A DNA stretch of 63,424 nt, the filler included, from Octopus bimaculoides (taxonomy: Eukaryota), in assembly GCF_001194135.2 (NCBI RefSeq). It is 6 parts of 6 records of this genome, joined end to end, with 100 filler letters (N's around TTAATTAATTAA, not from the genome) between each part and the next. Parts side by side here need not be neighbours in the genome. Positions count along the whole stretch, not along the records: positions 1 to 31,214 come from NW_026310629.1; positions 31,315 to 44,046 come from NC_068988.1; 4 more parts are not named here. The stretch is one strand, 5' to 3'. Positions 23,946 to 38,438 of this stretch are shown here, one piece after another; positions within the stretch are counted from its first letter, which is position 1, and every line of letters begins with the position of its first letter. The notes under the pieces are model-generated. The model saw only the letters and a list, made by a program, of their open reading frames with translations, did no database searches and had not been told where the DNA came from. A program made the translations under genes and the position numbers.

Positions 23946-24245
23946 CTAAACTAGATATATATGCAGATAGATAGAAAGAAAGATAGATAGATAGAGATAG
24001 ATAAATAGATAGATAGGTCGAAAGAAAAATGGGTTGATACATTGATGGATTGATAGATAGATACATAGACAGACAAACAGACAGATATAGAAAGATAGAT
24101 AGAGAAATAGATAGCTAGCTAGCACGATAGATAGACTGATAGAATTATACGCACAGATATGAGTACATGCATGCTCAGACATTCAAATCACGTTGAGACA
24201 GCCAACAGATACCTCCCAAACACTCAGCTCTTAGTGCACGCTTAC

Positions 24246-24260
24246 TTATTGCAGAAACAA
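24246..24260 (-). CDS. Candidate 15-nt microexon (phase 1-1)
   Basis: Minus strand AATACTTTCCTTACAG|TTGTTTCTGCAATAA|GTAAGC. Both splice sites look good and the frame continues the 32446-32509 exon as V-V-S-A-I. Confidence 0.2.
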   Translation of the reverse strand: MFLQ

Positions 24261-24811
24261 CTGTAAGGAAAGTATTACGCAATCGCCGTGGTTTAGTCAA
24301 TCTTCAATTGTTATATATATATATATATATATATATATNNNNNNNNNNNNNNNNNNNNNNNNNNNNNNNNNNNNNNNNNNNNNNNNNNNNNNNNNNNNNN
24401 NNNNNNNNNNNNNNNNNNNNNNNNNNNNNNNNNNNNNNNNNNNNNNNNNNNNNNNNNNNNNNNNNNNNNNNNNNNNNNNNNNNNNNNNNNNNNNNNNNNN
24501 NNNNNNNNNNNNNNNNNNNNNNNNNNNNNNNNNNNNNNNNNNNNNNNNNNNNNNNNNNNNNNNNNNNNNNNNNNNNNNNNNNNNNNNNNNNNNNNNNNNN
24601 NNNNNNNNNNNNNNNNNNNNNNNNNNNNNNNNNNNNNNNNNNNNNNNNNNNNNNNNNNNNNNNNNNNNNNNNNNNNNNNNNNNNNNNNNNNNNNNNNNNN
24701 NNNNNNNNNNNNNNNNNNNNNNNNNNNNNNNNNNNNNNNNNNNNNNNNNNNNNNNNNNNNNNNNNNNNNNATATATATATATATATATATACATATATAC
24801 ATATATACGTC

Positions 24812-24948
24812 AGGCGTCTTTCAGTTTCTGTCTACCAAATCCACTCACAAGGCTTTGGTCGGCCCGAGGCTATAGTAGAAGATATTTGTCCAAGATGCTA
24901 CGCAGTGGGACTGAACCCGGAACCATGTGGTTGGTAAGCAAGCTACTT
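24812..24948 (-). mobile_element. SINE family B, 5' half
   Basis: CTTTCAGTTTCTGTCTACCAAATCCACTCACAAGGCTTTGGTCGGCCCGAGG...GCAGTGGGACTGAACCCGG. Confidence 0.9.
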
Positions 24949-25567
24949 AGCACACACACATACACACACATACACATGCGCGCGCACACACACATGCACA
25001 TACAAACGCGTTCATACGGTGGTTGCTTCATCTTCATAGATGATGGCCGCCTAACATTCGACTCTATTGCTCTGATTTACTTTCAGCCTTAGACAAGTCT
25101 ACGGATATAATTTTCACACGTCTTCACGCATCTATTGACATAGGACTTTATAAAACGATAGGAGAACGTGTGTACGTCACTGAATTTATAGTGATGACAT
25201 CTGGTGCAGCACATATCTTTGTTGTTTTATTTTGCCACTTTCTCCGTCAGTTCCAGTGACAAGCATTGCGCGGATGTCTGGTACTATTTTCACTGTAAGT
25301 TTTATGTCAAAATACCTTTCTCTTACAAGAGCTGCTGTTTTTTTTCCATGGTTTTGTCAAAATTCACGGGGGCCTCGCCACCCCCTACTTCGGAAACCTA
25401 TTTAACTCAATGGTGAGACTCTGGAAGCTAGTACCGTACTAGGTTAGAATGGACCTGAAAGCAATGGTAGTTAAAAGGCCACTCCATGCTAACCACAACT
25501 TTAGAACACTCAGAGACAATGATTTATACATAAACGGATAAAATCTCGGGTTTTAGTGTACAATATG

Positions 25568-25855
25568 GGCGCAGGCGTGGCTGTGAGGCATGAAGCTTGT
25601 TTCCCAACCACGTGTTTCTGAGTTCAGTCCCACTGTGGGACACCTTGGGCAAATGTCTTCTACTGTAGCCTCGGGCCGACCAAAGCCTTACGAGAGGATT
25701 TGGCAGACGGAAACTGAAAGAAGCTCGTCGAACATAAATATATTTATATATTTGCGTGTGTGTGTCTGTGTTTGTTCCCCCCCACTCCATCACTTTACAT
25801 CCGATGTCATTGTAAGTTAGCAGTTCAGCAAAAGAGACCCAAAGAATAAGTCCTC
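25568..25855 (+). mobile_element. SINE family B, 3'-truncated
   Basis: Head GGCGCAGGCGTGGCTGTG...GAGTTCAGTCCC; the body runs to GAATAAGTCC. Confidence 0.88.
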
Positions 25856-25859
25856 AGAT

Positions 25860-26011
25860 CGGGCTTCTTTTAGTTTTCGTCTACCACATCCACTCACAAG
25901 GCTTTGGTCGGCCCGTGGCTATAGTAGAAGAGACTTGCCCAAGGTGCCACGCAGTGGGACTGAACCTGGAACCATGTGATTGGTAGGCAAGCTACTTACC
26001 ACTCCTGCGCC
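25860..26011 (-). mobile_element. SINE family B, 5' half, inverted relative to neighbour
   Basis: Reverse complement of the 25568-25735 region. Confidence 0.9.
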
Positions 26012-26012
26012 A

Positions 26013-26139
<127 letters not shown>

Positions 26140-26412
26140 AACACACATAAATATATACATACACACACACCCACATACACACTCATATACTCATGTATGC
26201 CTGTACATATATATGCATAAGTATGTGCATTGAAGTGCGTATGTGTGTGTATATATGTGCGTGCAGACTGTAAAGAAAGAAAAAAGAGAACTTCACTGCT
26301 TCACAAAGATGTTTTAGCAAATAGTTGTGTTCAAAGAATACCCACAGCTATGCCACTAGCTTGCACATGTCCTTATATGCACATATGTAGGCATATATAT
26401 ATATGCGTAGAA

Positions 26413-26443
<31 letters not shown>

Positions 26444-26841
26444 TACACGCAAACACACGTAAACACACGCGCATGCACATATATGTGAATATCGATGTGC
26501 ATAGAAATAAATGCAACACAAAGTACGTACGTCAAATACTATATATTCGTACATGTATGCGTAAGTATACATGTACGTATGTATGTATGTATGTATGTAT
26601 GTATATATGTATGTATGTATGCATGCATGTAAGTACATTTATGCGCATCATATACACATTTTGGTCACACAGACACATATATATGTATGTATATTAATAT
26701 GACCAGATATATTTATATGTGTGTGTACATCATGTAATAATGCATATATACACATACATAAGTATACATGTATACATATTTATGTGTAGATATTTATGTA
26801 TATATACGTGTTATATATGCTTATATATCAATGTCTGTGCT

Positions 26842-26872
<31 letters not shown>

Positions 26873-27105
26873 ANNNNNNNNNNNNNNNNNNNNNNNNNNN
26901 NNNNNNNNNNNNNNNNNNNNNNNNNNNNNNNNNNNNNNNNNNNNNNNNNNNNNNNNNNNNNNNNNNNNNNNNNNNNNNNNNNNNNNNNNNNNNNNNNNNN
27001 NNNNNNNNNNNNNNNNNNNNNNNNNNNNNNNNNNNNNNNNNNNNNNNNNNNNNNNNNNNNNNNNNNNNNNNNNNNNNNNNNNNNNNNNNNNNNNNNNNNN
27101 NNNNN

Positions 27106-27253
27106 CCGCCTTTAGTCGTACAAATCGACCCCAGAACTTACTTTTTGTAAGCTTAGTTCTTATTCCATCGGTCTCTTTTGCCGAACCGAGGACGTAGACA
27201 CACCAATATCGGCTGTCAAGCGATGGTGGGGGAACAAGCACAGACACAAATCT

Positions 27254-27316
<63 letters not shown>

Positions 27317-27473
27317 GCATATATATACACGACAGGCTTCTTTCAGTTTCTGTCTGCCAAATCCCCCCACAAGCCTTTGGTCAGCCTAAGGCTACGTTAG
27401 AAGACACCTGCCGAATGTGCTACGAAGTGGGACTGAACCCGGGAGCTACTAACAACACAGCCACGCCTGCGCC
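27106..27473 (-). mobile_element. SINE family B, near full length
   Basis: CCGCCTTTAGTCG...central (CA)n/(TA)n...GTGGGACTGAACCC...CCACGCCTGCGCC. Confidence 0.88.
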
Positions 27474-27532
27474 TATATATATGTGTGTGTGTATGTATAT
27501 ATACATACATATATATGAACCTACAATCATAT

Positions 27533-27573
<41 letters not shown>

Positions 27574-28142
27574 CCCATACATCCATGCAGACACATACAT
27601 GTACGTGTGTAAGGGTATGTATACTCACAGAGAAAGAGAGAGAGTGAGAGAAAGAGAGTGAGAGAAAGATACAATGCTGTGTGATACTCCTTTCAATTGA
27701 ATGAAATAAGGTTTCAAATCTGGTCGAGAGCAATGCTCACCTTTTAGACACCTCGGGGATTTCGAACCAACCGCAGTACCACCCAGGGTGATAGGCTGAG
27801 ACGAACGTTGGAGTGACAGTAGACAATCGCTACGTCATGAGTTCTAATTCCACCATGAGGTCAAATGCGGCGAAGGGCCATGTCTTGTCACTCGACCACG
27901 GGTCGTGATTATGGAATGTGGAATGGTTGGAGGTGGGAACTAAAGATTTCAGTTACTGTATGATAATGATGATGATGATGATGATGAAGAGGAAGAGGAC
28001 GAAGGGGATGTTGGAGAAGACGGCGACGATGAGGATGATTACGCATTCTTGTTCTTTGCATTCAAGAGGAAAGAGAACCCAACGCGTAATCTAGAGTATG
28101 TCTGTGTATGTGTGTAGGTGTGTGCGTATGGATGTACACACA

Positions 28143-28259
<117 letters not shown>

Positions 28260-29371
28260 GTCTGTCTGNNNNNNNNNNNNNNNNNNNNNNNNNNNNNNNN
28301 NNNNNNNNNNNNNNNNNNNNNNNNNNNNNNNNNNNNNNNNNNNNNNNNNNNNNNNNNNNNNNNNNNNNNNNNNNNNNNNNNNNNNNNNNNNNNNNNNNNN
28401 NNNNNNNNNNNNNNNNNNNNNNNNNNNNNNNNNNNNNNNNNNNNNNNNNNNNNNNNNNNNNNNNNNNNNNNNNNNNNNNNNNNNNNNNNNNNNNNNNNNN
28501 NNNNNNNNNNNNNNNNNNNNNNNNNNNNNNNNNNNNNNNNNNNNNNNNNNNNNNNNNNNNNNNNNNNNNNNNNNNNNNNNNNNNNNNNNNNNNNNNNNNN
28601 NNNNNNNNNNNNNNNNNNNNNNNNNNNNNNNNNNNNNNNNNNNNNNNNNNNNNNNNNNNNNNNNNNNNNNNNNNNNNNNNNNNNNNNNNNNNNNNNNNNN
28701 NNNNNNNNNNNNNNNNNNNNNNNNNNNNNNNNNNNNNNNNNNNNNNNNNNNNNNNNNNNNNNNNNNNNNNNNNNNNNNNNNNNNNNNNNNNNNNNNNNNN
28801 NNNNNNNNNNNNNNNNNNNNNNNNNNNNNNNNNNNNNNNNNNNNNNNNNNNNNNNNNNNNNNNNNNNNNNNNNNNNNNNNNNNNNNNNNNNNNNNNNNNN
28901 NNNNNNNNNNNNNNNNNGTGTGCGAAGGCAATCGTCTTAATATCTGTAACTGTAAGAACGTAATTGCGTAAAATCATGGGTGCGTGTATGAAAACGCGTA
29001 CGTGTGTATATGTGTGTATGCGTGTGTGCATGTGTATTTCTGTGTGTGTATTTCTAATCTGTTTGCATGTATACGTGTGTAGCTGTGTATGTTTTTGTGT
29101 GTATGTGTGTGCATGCGCGTACATCTGTATTTGTGTGTGTGTGTGTGTGTGTGTGTCTATGCGTGTGGGCATATTTGCATGTGTGTGCACCCGTGTGTGA
29201 GTATGTGTGTGCGTGTGCGCGTGTGCACATGTGCGTGACCGTGTAAATGCACGTGTGGGCGCATGTGTGTATATCCGTATCTGCATGTGTATATACGTCT
29301 AAATGTGTGCGTGTAAATGTGCATATATGCATGTGAATGACCGTGTAAATCTGTGTATGTGTGAGTGTGTA

Positions 29372-29414
<43 letters not shown>

Positions 29415-29945
29415 GTATGTATGTATGTATGTGTGTATATGTGTGTGTGTTTGTGCATATGTGTGCATGTATGTGAGTGTATACACACATGTATATGTGT
29501 AATTGCGTGTGTGCATATGCATGGTCGTGTGTGTAGCATTGCGTATGTCTATGCGTGTGTATATATATATATATACATATATATACATATATATATATAT
29601 ATGTGCGTGTGTGTGTGTACCTGTGTGCGTATATACGTGTGTGTGTGTTAGTGGTAGTGTGTATGTGTATGTGTGTGTGTGTCTCTGCCGTAACTGATTC
29701 CCTGCTAGGCCAATAACAAAAACCACTTCACCACACAAGTAATCGCCGAGTTAACCTGTTAAAATTGTATTTATGAAGTGCGTGTGTATATACACATGCA
29801 TACCAGCCTACCGACATATATATATTTATATATGTATGTATATATGTGCATATAAATATATGAACGTAAGCTTGTTTATGCAGAGAAAAGAAATGTAACG
29901 ATATATATATATATATATAGAAAGATAGAGAGATAATTGAATAGC

Positions 29946-29996
<51 letters not shown>

Positions 29997-30644
29997 NNNN
30001 NNNNNNNNNNNNNNNNNNNNNNNNNNNNNNNNNNNNNNNNNNNNNNNNNNNNNNNNNNNNNNNNNNNNNNNNNNNNNNNNNNNNNNNNNNNNNNNNNNNN
30101 NNNNNNNNNNNNNNNNNNNNNNNNNNNNNNNNNNNNNNNNNNNNNNNNNNNNNNNNNNNNNNNNNNNNNNNNNNNNNNNNNNNNNNNNNNNNNNNNNNNN
30201 NNNNNNNNNNNNNNNNNNNNNNNNNNNNNNNNNNNNNNNNNNNNNNNNNNNNNNNNNNNNNNNNNNNNNNNNNNNNNNNNNNNNNNNNNNNNNNNNNNNN
30301 NNNNNNNNNNNNNNNNNNNNNNNNNNNNNNNNNNNNNNNNNNNNNNNNNNNNNNNNNNNNNNNNNNNNNNNNNNNNNNNNNNNNNNNNNNNNNNNNNNNN
30401 NNNNNNNNNNNNNNNNNNNNNNNNNNNNNNNNNNNNNNNNNNNNNNNNNNNNNNNNNNNNNNNNNNNNNATATATATATATATATATATACAAATATATA
30501 CATATATATATACACATATATATGTATATACACACATATATTTATATGTGTGTATATATATGTATATGTATGAATATATATACATACATATATATACACA
30601 TCAATTAATCTATTTATTCGTCCAACTATATACATATATGCTAT

Positions 30645-30678
<34 letters not shown>

Positions 30679-30978
30679 TTATGTGAATATATATGTATAT
30701 CTATCTATTTATCTATCAATCTATCTATATACACATGTATACACTGATGCTGGTTTCTCTAGGAGCGTTGATTACAACAGTACGCGCGCTCTCACACACA
30801 CACAAACACAGACACACACACAAATACAGACACACACATACAAACACAGACACACACACACAATACACAAACACAGACACACAGACATACCCACACGCAC
30901 ACAAATACCACAAATACATTATATGAATAGATTTTAGCCTTAACATGTGTATCTTTGTGTCTCTGTGTATGTGTGCAT

Positions 30979-31029
<51 letters not shown>

Positions 31030-31214
31030 AACATATTCTCATGCTGCTATCATGCAAAGTTACTTCGGTATATTCAATATTATATTATTTCACATCAAAA
31101 TCGTTCATGAGTTGGTCTTAAAGACAACCCCATAGCGATGCCATAATAGTGCAATTCGAGCAGGCAGTAAAACTTTCTCTCTGTTTGTTCGCGTGTGTGT
31201 ACATGGGGGTATAT

Positions 31215-31314
31215 NNNNNNNNNNNNNNNNNNNNNNNNNNNNNNNNNNNNNNNNNNNNTTAATTAATTAANNNNNNNNNNNNNNNNNNNNNNNNNNNNNN
31301 NNNNNNNNNNNNNN
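31215..31314. other. Artificial scaffold linker: 44 N + TTAATTAATTAA + 44 N
   Basis: The same construct, with the 12-mer at 44091, 54631, 56201 and 59461, recurs four more times. The palindromic 12-mer gives stops in all six frames. Confidence 0.9.
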
Positions 31315-31344
31315 TATATATATATATATATGTATGCATGTATT

Positions 31345-31615
31345 TATGATTCTTCCACAGCTTCCTGTCTGATATATGATCTTCCCAGATATTAATGTTT
31401 TCAAGTGTGTCTTAAGATTGACTTTGAAACGTTTGCGTGGCTTGCACTGGAAACATTTTCCTTGCTCCAACTCACCACACAACACATGCTTTGCATGTAG
31501 GTGTTCTCTGAACGGACAAGATGACCAGACTATCTAAGTTGCTGCTTCACAATCAAGAACTCAATACTTTTCGTTTCATCAGTTGCAGTACTCTCGTATC
31601 AAGCATATGAGATTA
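31345..31615 (-). pseudogene. RTE-clade LINE ORF2 C-terminal fragment
   Basis: DTRVLQL..KSIEFLIVKQQLR*SGHLVR then LCGELEQGKCFQCKPRKRFKVNLKTHLK, matching the RTE QLRWxGHxxR...LYGELxxGKRxxGxPRKRFKD pattern. Confidence 0.8.
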
Positions 31616-31644
31616 CCATGAGATCTTTAGGATATTACACAACC

Positions 31645-31860
31645 AAGGCGGTGAGCTGGCAGAAACGTTAGCACGCCGGACGATATGCTTAGCGGTATTT
31701 CGTCCGTCTTTACATTCTGAGTTCAAATTCCGCTGAGGTCGACTTCGCTTTTCATCCTTTCAGGGTCGATAAATTAAGTACCAGTTGCGTCCTGGTGTCG
31801 ATCTGATCTACTGGCCCCCAGTCCCCCAAAATTTCGGGCCTTGTACCAAGAGTAGAACAG
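31645..31860 (+). mobile_element. SINE family C, full length
   Basis: AAGGCGGTGAGCTGGCAGAAACGTTAGC...GAGTTCAAATTCC (B box)...GGCCTTGTACCAAGAGTAGAA. Confidence 0.9.
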
Positions 31861-32273
31861 GATGTTACACAACCATTGCTGGTGGAATCACTCGAAACGT
31901 ATGCTTTTGAAAACTGTCTGAAGTACTGTTCGGTATACTCATTTACTCTTTCACTTGTTTCAGTCACTTGACTGTGGCCATGCTGCAGCACCTCCTTGTG
32001 ATTAAAATGTTTTGTGAACTGCTTTTATAAATCGCATTTATAACATAAAGCTATAGATTATCAAACAGCTCTAACCTATATAAAACATGAAATGAAGTGA
32101 TACGAAATTAATACTTTATATTTTCCTCGGATGCTTGCAGCTGTATGTTGGTAGAATGTTTGGTTGCTGCTGATCTTTTAGGTCCTTTGCAGAAAGGATC
32201 TACAGGAACTTTACTTAATCCATATTTCCTGCATTCCCCAGCCACGTTTGTTCTGTGAGTATTATCCTAGCAG

Positions 32274-32323
<50 letters not shown>

Positions 32324-32445
32324 CTTGCCTTTGTTTCCATGATTCATACAAATTCCCATCACATAGTTGAGAAAGGGGTTATCAGGTCCCGGATGTCTAT
32401 GCAGATCCCATGTCTTTCCATCTTAGATTGGTACTGAACACATAC

Positions 32446-32509
32446 CTGCATTCTGCCATAAAAGTGGCAACAAGGAAAGGACCAGTACCACAACATTTAT
32501 GGCGATCAT
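32446..32509 (-). CDS. Candidate coding exon with signal-peptide-like N-terminus (host gene unidentified)
   Basis: ACA-ATG start (A at -3), MIAINVVVLVLSLLPLLWQNA, then a phase-1 donor GCAG|GTATGT. No homology recognised. Confidence 0.35.
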
Positions 32510-33257
32510 TGTGCTACGCCCGAATACGTATTGCCGCAGCAAGCCATGGACAATCGTGTGGCACTCCAGTTCAGACCTCTCCCTCAGTTTTGAACGCCAA
32601 ACACACACTGCTGTATAATAGAGCAGGCGTCGTCTTACACATCTTCTTAAATTTTCTTTAACTGTTTCTTTGATGGTATATTGAAGCCCTGTGCAGTCCT
32701 CACGAAACCAAGTTACGTTATCTTCCTCCTTGCTCACTCAAATTTAATCAAAATAGAAGCCACACTGCTATGTAAGATACTTCTTTACCATTGCCCTTTG
32801 TCTGAGTTCGAACCGCCATCTGGTACGTTATTGTAGCAAACGGCTGATGTTAGTAGCTTGTGATTATAGTTGCTTTTGCTATTGCAAAAGTTTTGTTTAT
32901 GTAGTGAGTATTGCGCTTCCGGGCGTCATTGAGTTACTGTTGGTGTTTGGGAGTATATCTGTCCATTATCAACTTGTAATGTTTATCATAAAATCGTTTT
33001 CGTGTACTTTAAAAAACTATTTCGACTTAATCTTTTCTTTGGAGGAGTGCGTATCCAGTGATACTTTCTTCTAATTTTTACGTCTTACTGTATCTCTAGC
33101 AGGAAAATCCATTAAAAAAATGTAAATACAAGAAGAGGTTTTCAGAAAGAATAAATAATGTTTAAAAGATAGATTTTTGTTGACCCCAGGTGCAAGGGTT
33201 TTTATATACAGACATACACATATGCAGACATACATACATATATACACACATGCACAA

Positions 33258-33335
33258 ACACCCATACACCTCACACCCATACACCTCACACCCATACACC
33301 TCACACCCATACACCGCACACCCATACACCCACAC
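33258..33335. repeat. 15-bp minisatellite (CACCCATACACCTCA) x5
   Basis: Direct reading of the sequence. Confidence 0.9.
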
Positions 33336-33499
33336 ATTCACACCCCCACACATAATGATGTGTGAGTGCGCTCGCGAATGCACGTCTGTGTATGTTCTCT
33401 TCTTTGCTTTTAATTATTTGAAATCTTATTCTGAGGCTGGAGTTTCCAACGAAGATACGTCCTAAAATCGTGTATAAAAAATAATCGCATATTTTCACT

Positions 33500-33850
33500 T
33501 AAAGTTTGTGTATGTAATGAGCTAATGAGCTTTTTTTTTCTGAATATCCCAATATCCAGAGGGGCACTTTAGCCTTTTACTCACAAAATCCAATAGCACC
33601 AATTATTATTGGTATAAATGTGAATTTAACAATTGGATATAGAAGTTGAAAGTTCCAATGCATCAGTCCTTAGTTATCCTCTTCCTCTTTGAGTTTAAAG
33701 GAGACGTTCTAATCAGGAAGGCAATTGACATCTGTAATGCTACATACTTTTCATTGTCCCAAACAACAATATCCGGTCTGTTATGCTTAGTCTTGATAGA
33801 AGTTCTGAAGGGAATCTTTTACAACACCAATATTCCTTGTGTTGACGTTT
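33500..33850 (-). pseudogene. RLE-type non-LTR retrotransposon C-terminus, decayed
   Basis: Pieces KTKHNRPDIVVWDNEK, NFQLLYP and FTFIPIIIGAIGF resemble the restriction-like endonuclease PD-(D/E)xK region. Frameshifted. Confidence 0.7.
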
Positions 33851-34875
33851 GTGTGCTTGTGTATGTAACGTGTGTGTGTAAGTGTATGTGCATGTGTGTG
33901 TGTGCATAATCTTATGTGCAAGTGCATGTTGTGTTTTATACGGTGTCAAATGTCTAGGTTAAAAGAAACTCGCGCTAAATAGCTTATTTTTACCAAGAAT
34001 TTCTTCTGTATTCATTGACCCTTTTCTTTTCTATATCATCGAACAACGTGGCTTTATTCATAAATATATTTGTGGTTGTTTTCTTTACATTTCAGGATGT
34101 AGTGTTACAAGCACACAAACACAAATACAACAATCTCGTTGGTGGTCACAACATTTGTGATATGTAAGGCATATATACAACATCATTCTTACATTCAAAG
34201 TAAACCGTAACAAGAACATTTACCAAGTTGCTTAATGACTTAACAAGTAAAAAAGATCGATGACTGCAGATTTATCCATTCAAAATGGAACTGACATTCT
34301 CTGTTGATCTTTCATAGATATTTCCCACGAATAACATTTCCAGAAACTATGCCATGAATATATATTGAAGTTTTGATTACGTGTTTACAACTGTGCTGTC
34401 TTCACAAACATCGCAGACTGCATTCGAAAGAAGACTACTCGCCCGATTAGCTAAGATCCACTTACTACAATCACTTGCATATAAATGTGGTGCTTCTATC
34501 GTCACATTAATAATATTTTGTTCTTGCAAACAGTAATCTCCGAAGTGTTATCATCGAAGCATACTCAATGAACTTGCATCTAACTCGTTGCCCCTATTTT
34601 GTCACACTTCAAATCATATAACAAAGCTTTCGAATAATCTTTTCATTCACGTGACTGCAGCCTCCTGATACTCATTAATTCCTTATGTTTATTCCAGCAG
34701 ATATCAAGTTACAAAGTTTCAGCTGAATAATATCATCTGCTACATGGATTTGATTTGTTTTGCGACTAAATAGTACACACACACACACATAGATGTATAT
34801 ATATATATATATATATGTATACACATACACATACACACACATTTTGATTTCCAAGTAAGTTCATATATATATATA

Positions 34876-34980
<105 letters not shown>

Positions 34981-36559
34981 GTATATATTTACACATATAT
35001 GTACGTATATATTTATACACATACACGTATATATATACGTATATATATATATGTGTGTGTGTGTATGTGTATACACACACACATATATACATATACCCAC
35101 GTACACATACTGACATACTAATGTTTGAAAGCCCTATTTCACTCCTGAAGCTATATTCTTTCATGAATAAGAATGGCTTGCCTGTGACAATATAGTTGTT
35201 TTTTTTCTCTTCATCTGCATATTCTATAGTAAATGCGTTCTGTTTCCTTACATGAAAAAACTAAATTTTCCTTTTTCTATCTTCACTCTTTTAAAAATTT
35301 CCAGGTATTGGCTACAGTAGACCTTTCTTGTCATTTTAGATTGTCATTTTCTAGCCCATTTGTTAGCTTTGTTTTTAGCAGTTTCACAGTTTCCTTTGTC
35401 TCCCCTCTCTCTTCAAAGCTTCACTACAGCTTCCGTTTTGCATTTGAATGCAGAAAAGTTATATTGATTTTGATACTAGTTTGATATCTATTTCTATTTG
35501 TTTCAAGTATCATTTGCTCATATTTTATAATACATTTGCGCATTCGGTTACTTCCTGCTTTTATTGGTGGTTAATAGGGTACAGTCTTTCCATGACAGAT
35601 TTTGTAATGTGCAATCTAAATGCAGTTATTTTTCTGTATAGTCCTGCTAATTCATTTCTAATCCACCTGTAACATAACTAGTTGAGGTACAGATTTGATA
35701 CCTATTATTGCTACATTTATATTCTAAGTATTAAATCTAATGTTTGTTATATTCCTCTCACAACGTTCTCTGCCGTTGCATGTTTTATGCTATCTCTATA
35801 ATGTCCAGTCGCAAGGCTCTTTACTCCAACTCTTTTTAATCTAACATTATTTTTTAAAAACGATTGTCCTTTTCCCCAAGTTAACTCCTTACCTTTTACT
35901 AATCAGCAGCTAGTTCCAATTTATCCCGTAAATCCATGTACGAACCTTTACAGTCTTTCTAGATGGTTATTATTTGTAGCGTACAACTTATAATCGTCCT
36001 TAGATAAAAAAAATTCTTGATTATCTACGATAGCATTCGTGTTCGAATCCTACGTCGTTCACAAAGTTGGTTTAAAGCTTTAGCACTAGACAGATAAAAA
36101 GTGTAGATAGGACAACTCTTTAGACGATTACTCCTTTAATAACGGAGTGGTCTTTAAAAATAGTTTTCTCTTTAGTCTGTATCTTCAGAATCGTTTATCA
36201 TTTACACATGATTTGTGTATGATATCTGTATATTATCAGCGCAGCGCTGCTCGAAGTCAAAATTTTCCAGGATCCAACACTGTGAAAAGCTTTCTGTTTG
36301 TCAATCTATTCAATAATACTCAGATCCGTACTTGTCTGACTATACTCTTCGATTTAGGCGTTATTGAGCTGTAATTCATCTTTAGACACACAGGAACAAT
36401 TACAGTATCATTTCTGTTCATTTGGAAACAAGTTACTTTTTCTTGGCAGGTATTGGTTTATTCTCAAGATATTAAGACTTCGTAAGCAGTAAAAAGACAA
36501 GTTATATGTATATATTGCATTTAGGTTATAATCATTTCTTTAGTGATAGGGTTTTAGAT

Positions 36560-37200
36560 GATTTTTCTCGCCAGTGAATCGGTCGAGTGTTGTCTCTAGC
36601 TCCTTCAATATTTGATTGAACATCTGTTTTCGTGTCTTATGTGCGTCTGTGAAATATATTAATCAGGATTCTGAGATCTTATCTTTTTCTGCTGACGGCT
36701 CGCTAATTCTTCTGGGAATATGAGCTTCGACGATTGTTCACCAGAATGCTGCATTTGTAATGAATGCTTCGTTGTCTGTGCTCCTATGATTTTTCCACTT
36801 CTGTCATTATTGGTGCAGTATAAATTCTATTGGATTTTTCCCTAGTCCTTGATAAAATTGCTTTGAATTCAGGTCGAACAGTTTGTTTTACTCGAAGAAC
36901 CGATTTCTCCTTTTATATCGACGCATTCTTTGCGTTTTAGCAAGGGTACCTTGTTTCATACAGTCTTTGATTTCAGATACTTCTAATTTGTTATGCAATA
37001 TTTCTGTAGTATTTCATTCTTTTTGTTTTCAGTTCCACTGAATTTCATAATTGATTTCACTAAAAATTAAGAAATCTCTTCTTTAGATATTTCTATATGA
37101 GTACTACTGAGGAAATATCCACTGTCCTTTGTAATTGCAGTAGCTGCTGCATCTATTATTTCGTTTAACCTGGTGCTATTGATGATCGTGACTATTTTCA
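36560..37200 (-). pseudogene. R4/Dong-like LINE ORF fragment (pre-RT region)
   Basis: RLNEIIDAAATAITKDSG, KTQRMRRYKRRNRFFE*NKLFDLNSKQFYQGLG and HKTRKQMFNQIL resemble R4/Dong motifs. Confidence 0.65.
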
Positions 37201-37727
37201 CTGAGTATAGGATACATTATTGTTATTTATTTCATTATTGAACCAATTTTATCGACGAATTTTATCCACGGAAAGTATCTTTGTTGGGCTATAAGAACAA
37301 TTTTATTACGATTATTTCACTATTTCATGAATTGTCTCATTTATGATTTCGTCTATTATTCTTTTCCTATTCTTTTCATATTCCCATTTATTTATACTTT
37401 TGTTTGTGTTGCTTTGGTCTTCTTCTTCTTCTCCTCCTCCTCCTCCTCCTCCTCCTCCNNNNNNNNNNNNNNNNNNNNNNNNNNNNNNNNNNNNNNNNNN
37501 NNNNNNNNNNNNNNNNNNNNNNNNNNNNNNNNNNNNNNNNNNNNNNNNNNNNNNNNNNNNNNNNNNNNNNNNNNNNNNNNNNNNNNNNNNNNNNNNNNNN
37601 NNNNNNNNNNNNNNNNNNNNNNNNNNNNNNNNNNNNNNNNNNNNNNNNNNNNNNNNNTTCTTCTTCTTCTTCTTCTTCTTCTTCTTCTTCTTCTTCTTCC
37701 TCTTCCTCTTCCTCTTCTTCTTTGTCG

Positions 37728-37759
<32 letters not shown>

Positions 37760-38382
37760 ATCGTTGTCGTCGTCATAATGTTCTTGTGTTGATGCTTATT
37801 TGTTACTGCTTCTTCAATGATGAGGATGACGATGATGATCATGATGATAATGGTGATGATGATGATGATTATCATCATTATCATCATCATCGTCGTCATC
37901 GTTGTCGTCCTCATTAAATTTATATCCAACGATTTTGGTTCAAATAAAATATTACTTTACCCATAAATCAGTCAAACTGTCCGTTTCTTTTCTTTTTTTC
38001 TTCTCGTTTCTACGTCCATTTTACTTGTTTTATATATATGTGTGTGTTCGGGTATGGGAGACTTATTATTTCATTTACCGCAAGTCATCGAAAAATTTAC
38101 AAAGAATGTTTTATTTTTATTTCTGTAGATTTCATGAGAAATGCAATATCTGACCATCAAATAAGCGACAGCAAGAGAAGAAGGATTATCTGATGCTCAA
38201 AATTTTTATTGTGTTCGATATCCATTCTTTTTCTCTTTCGTTGATGTTTTATCGTTTTCGACATTTTATATACAAATACCTTGAGAAATATTCCATCTGC
38301 TTTTCTTGAATAGTCTTTGTTGCATGATATTCCTTCAATAGAGAAGCGCATAATTCAATTGAAACTGGATAGATGCAGTATT

Positions 38383-38438
<56 letters not shown>

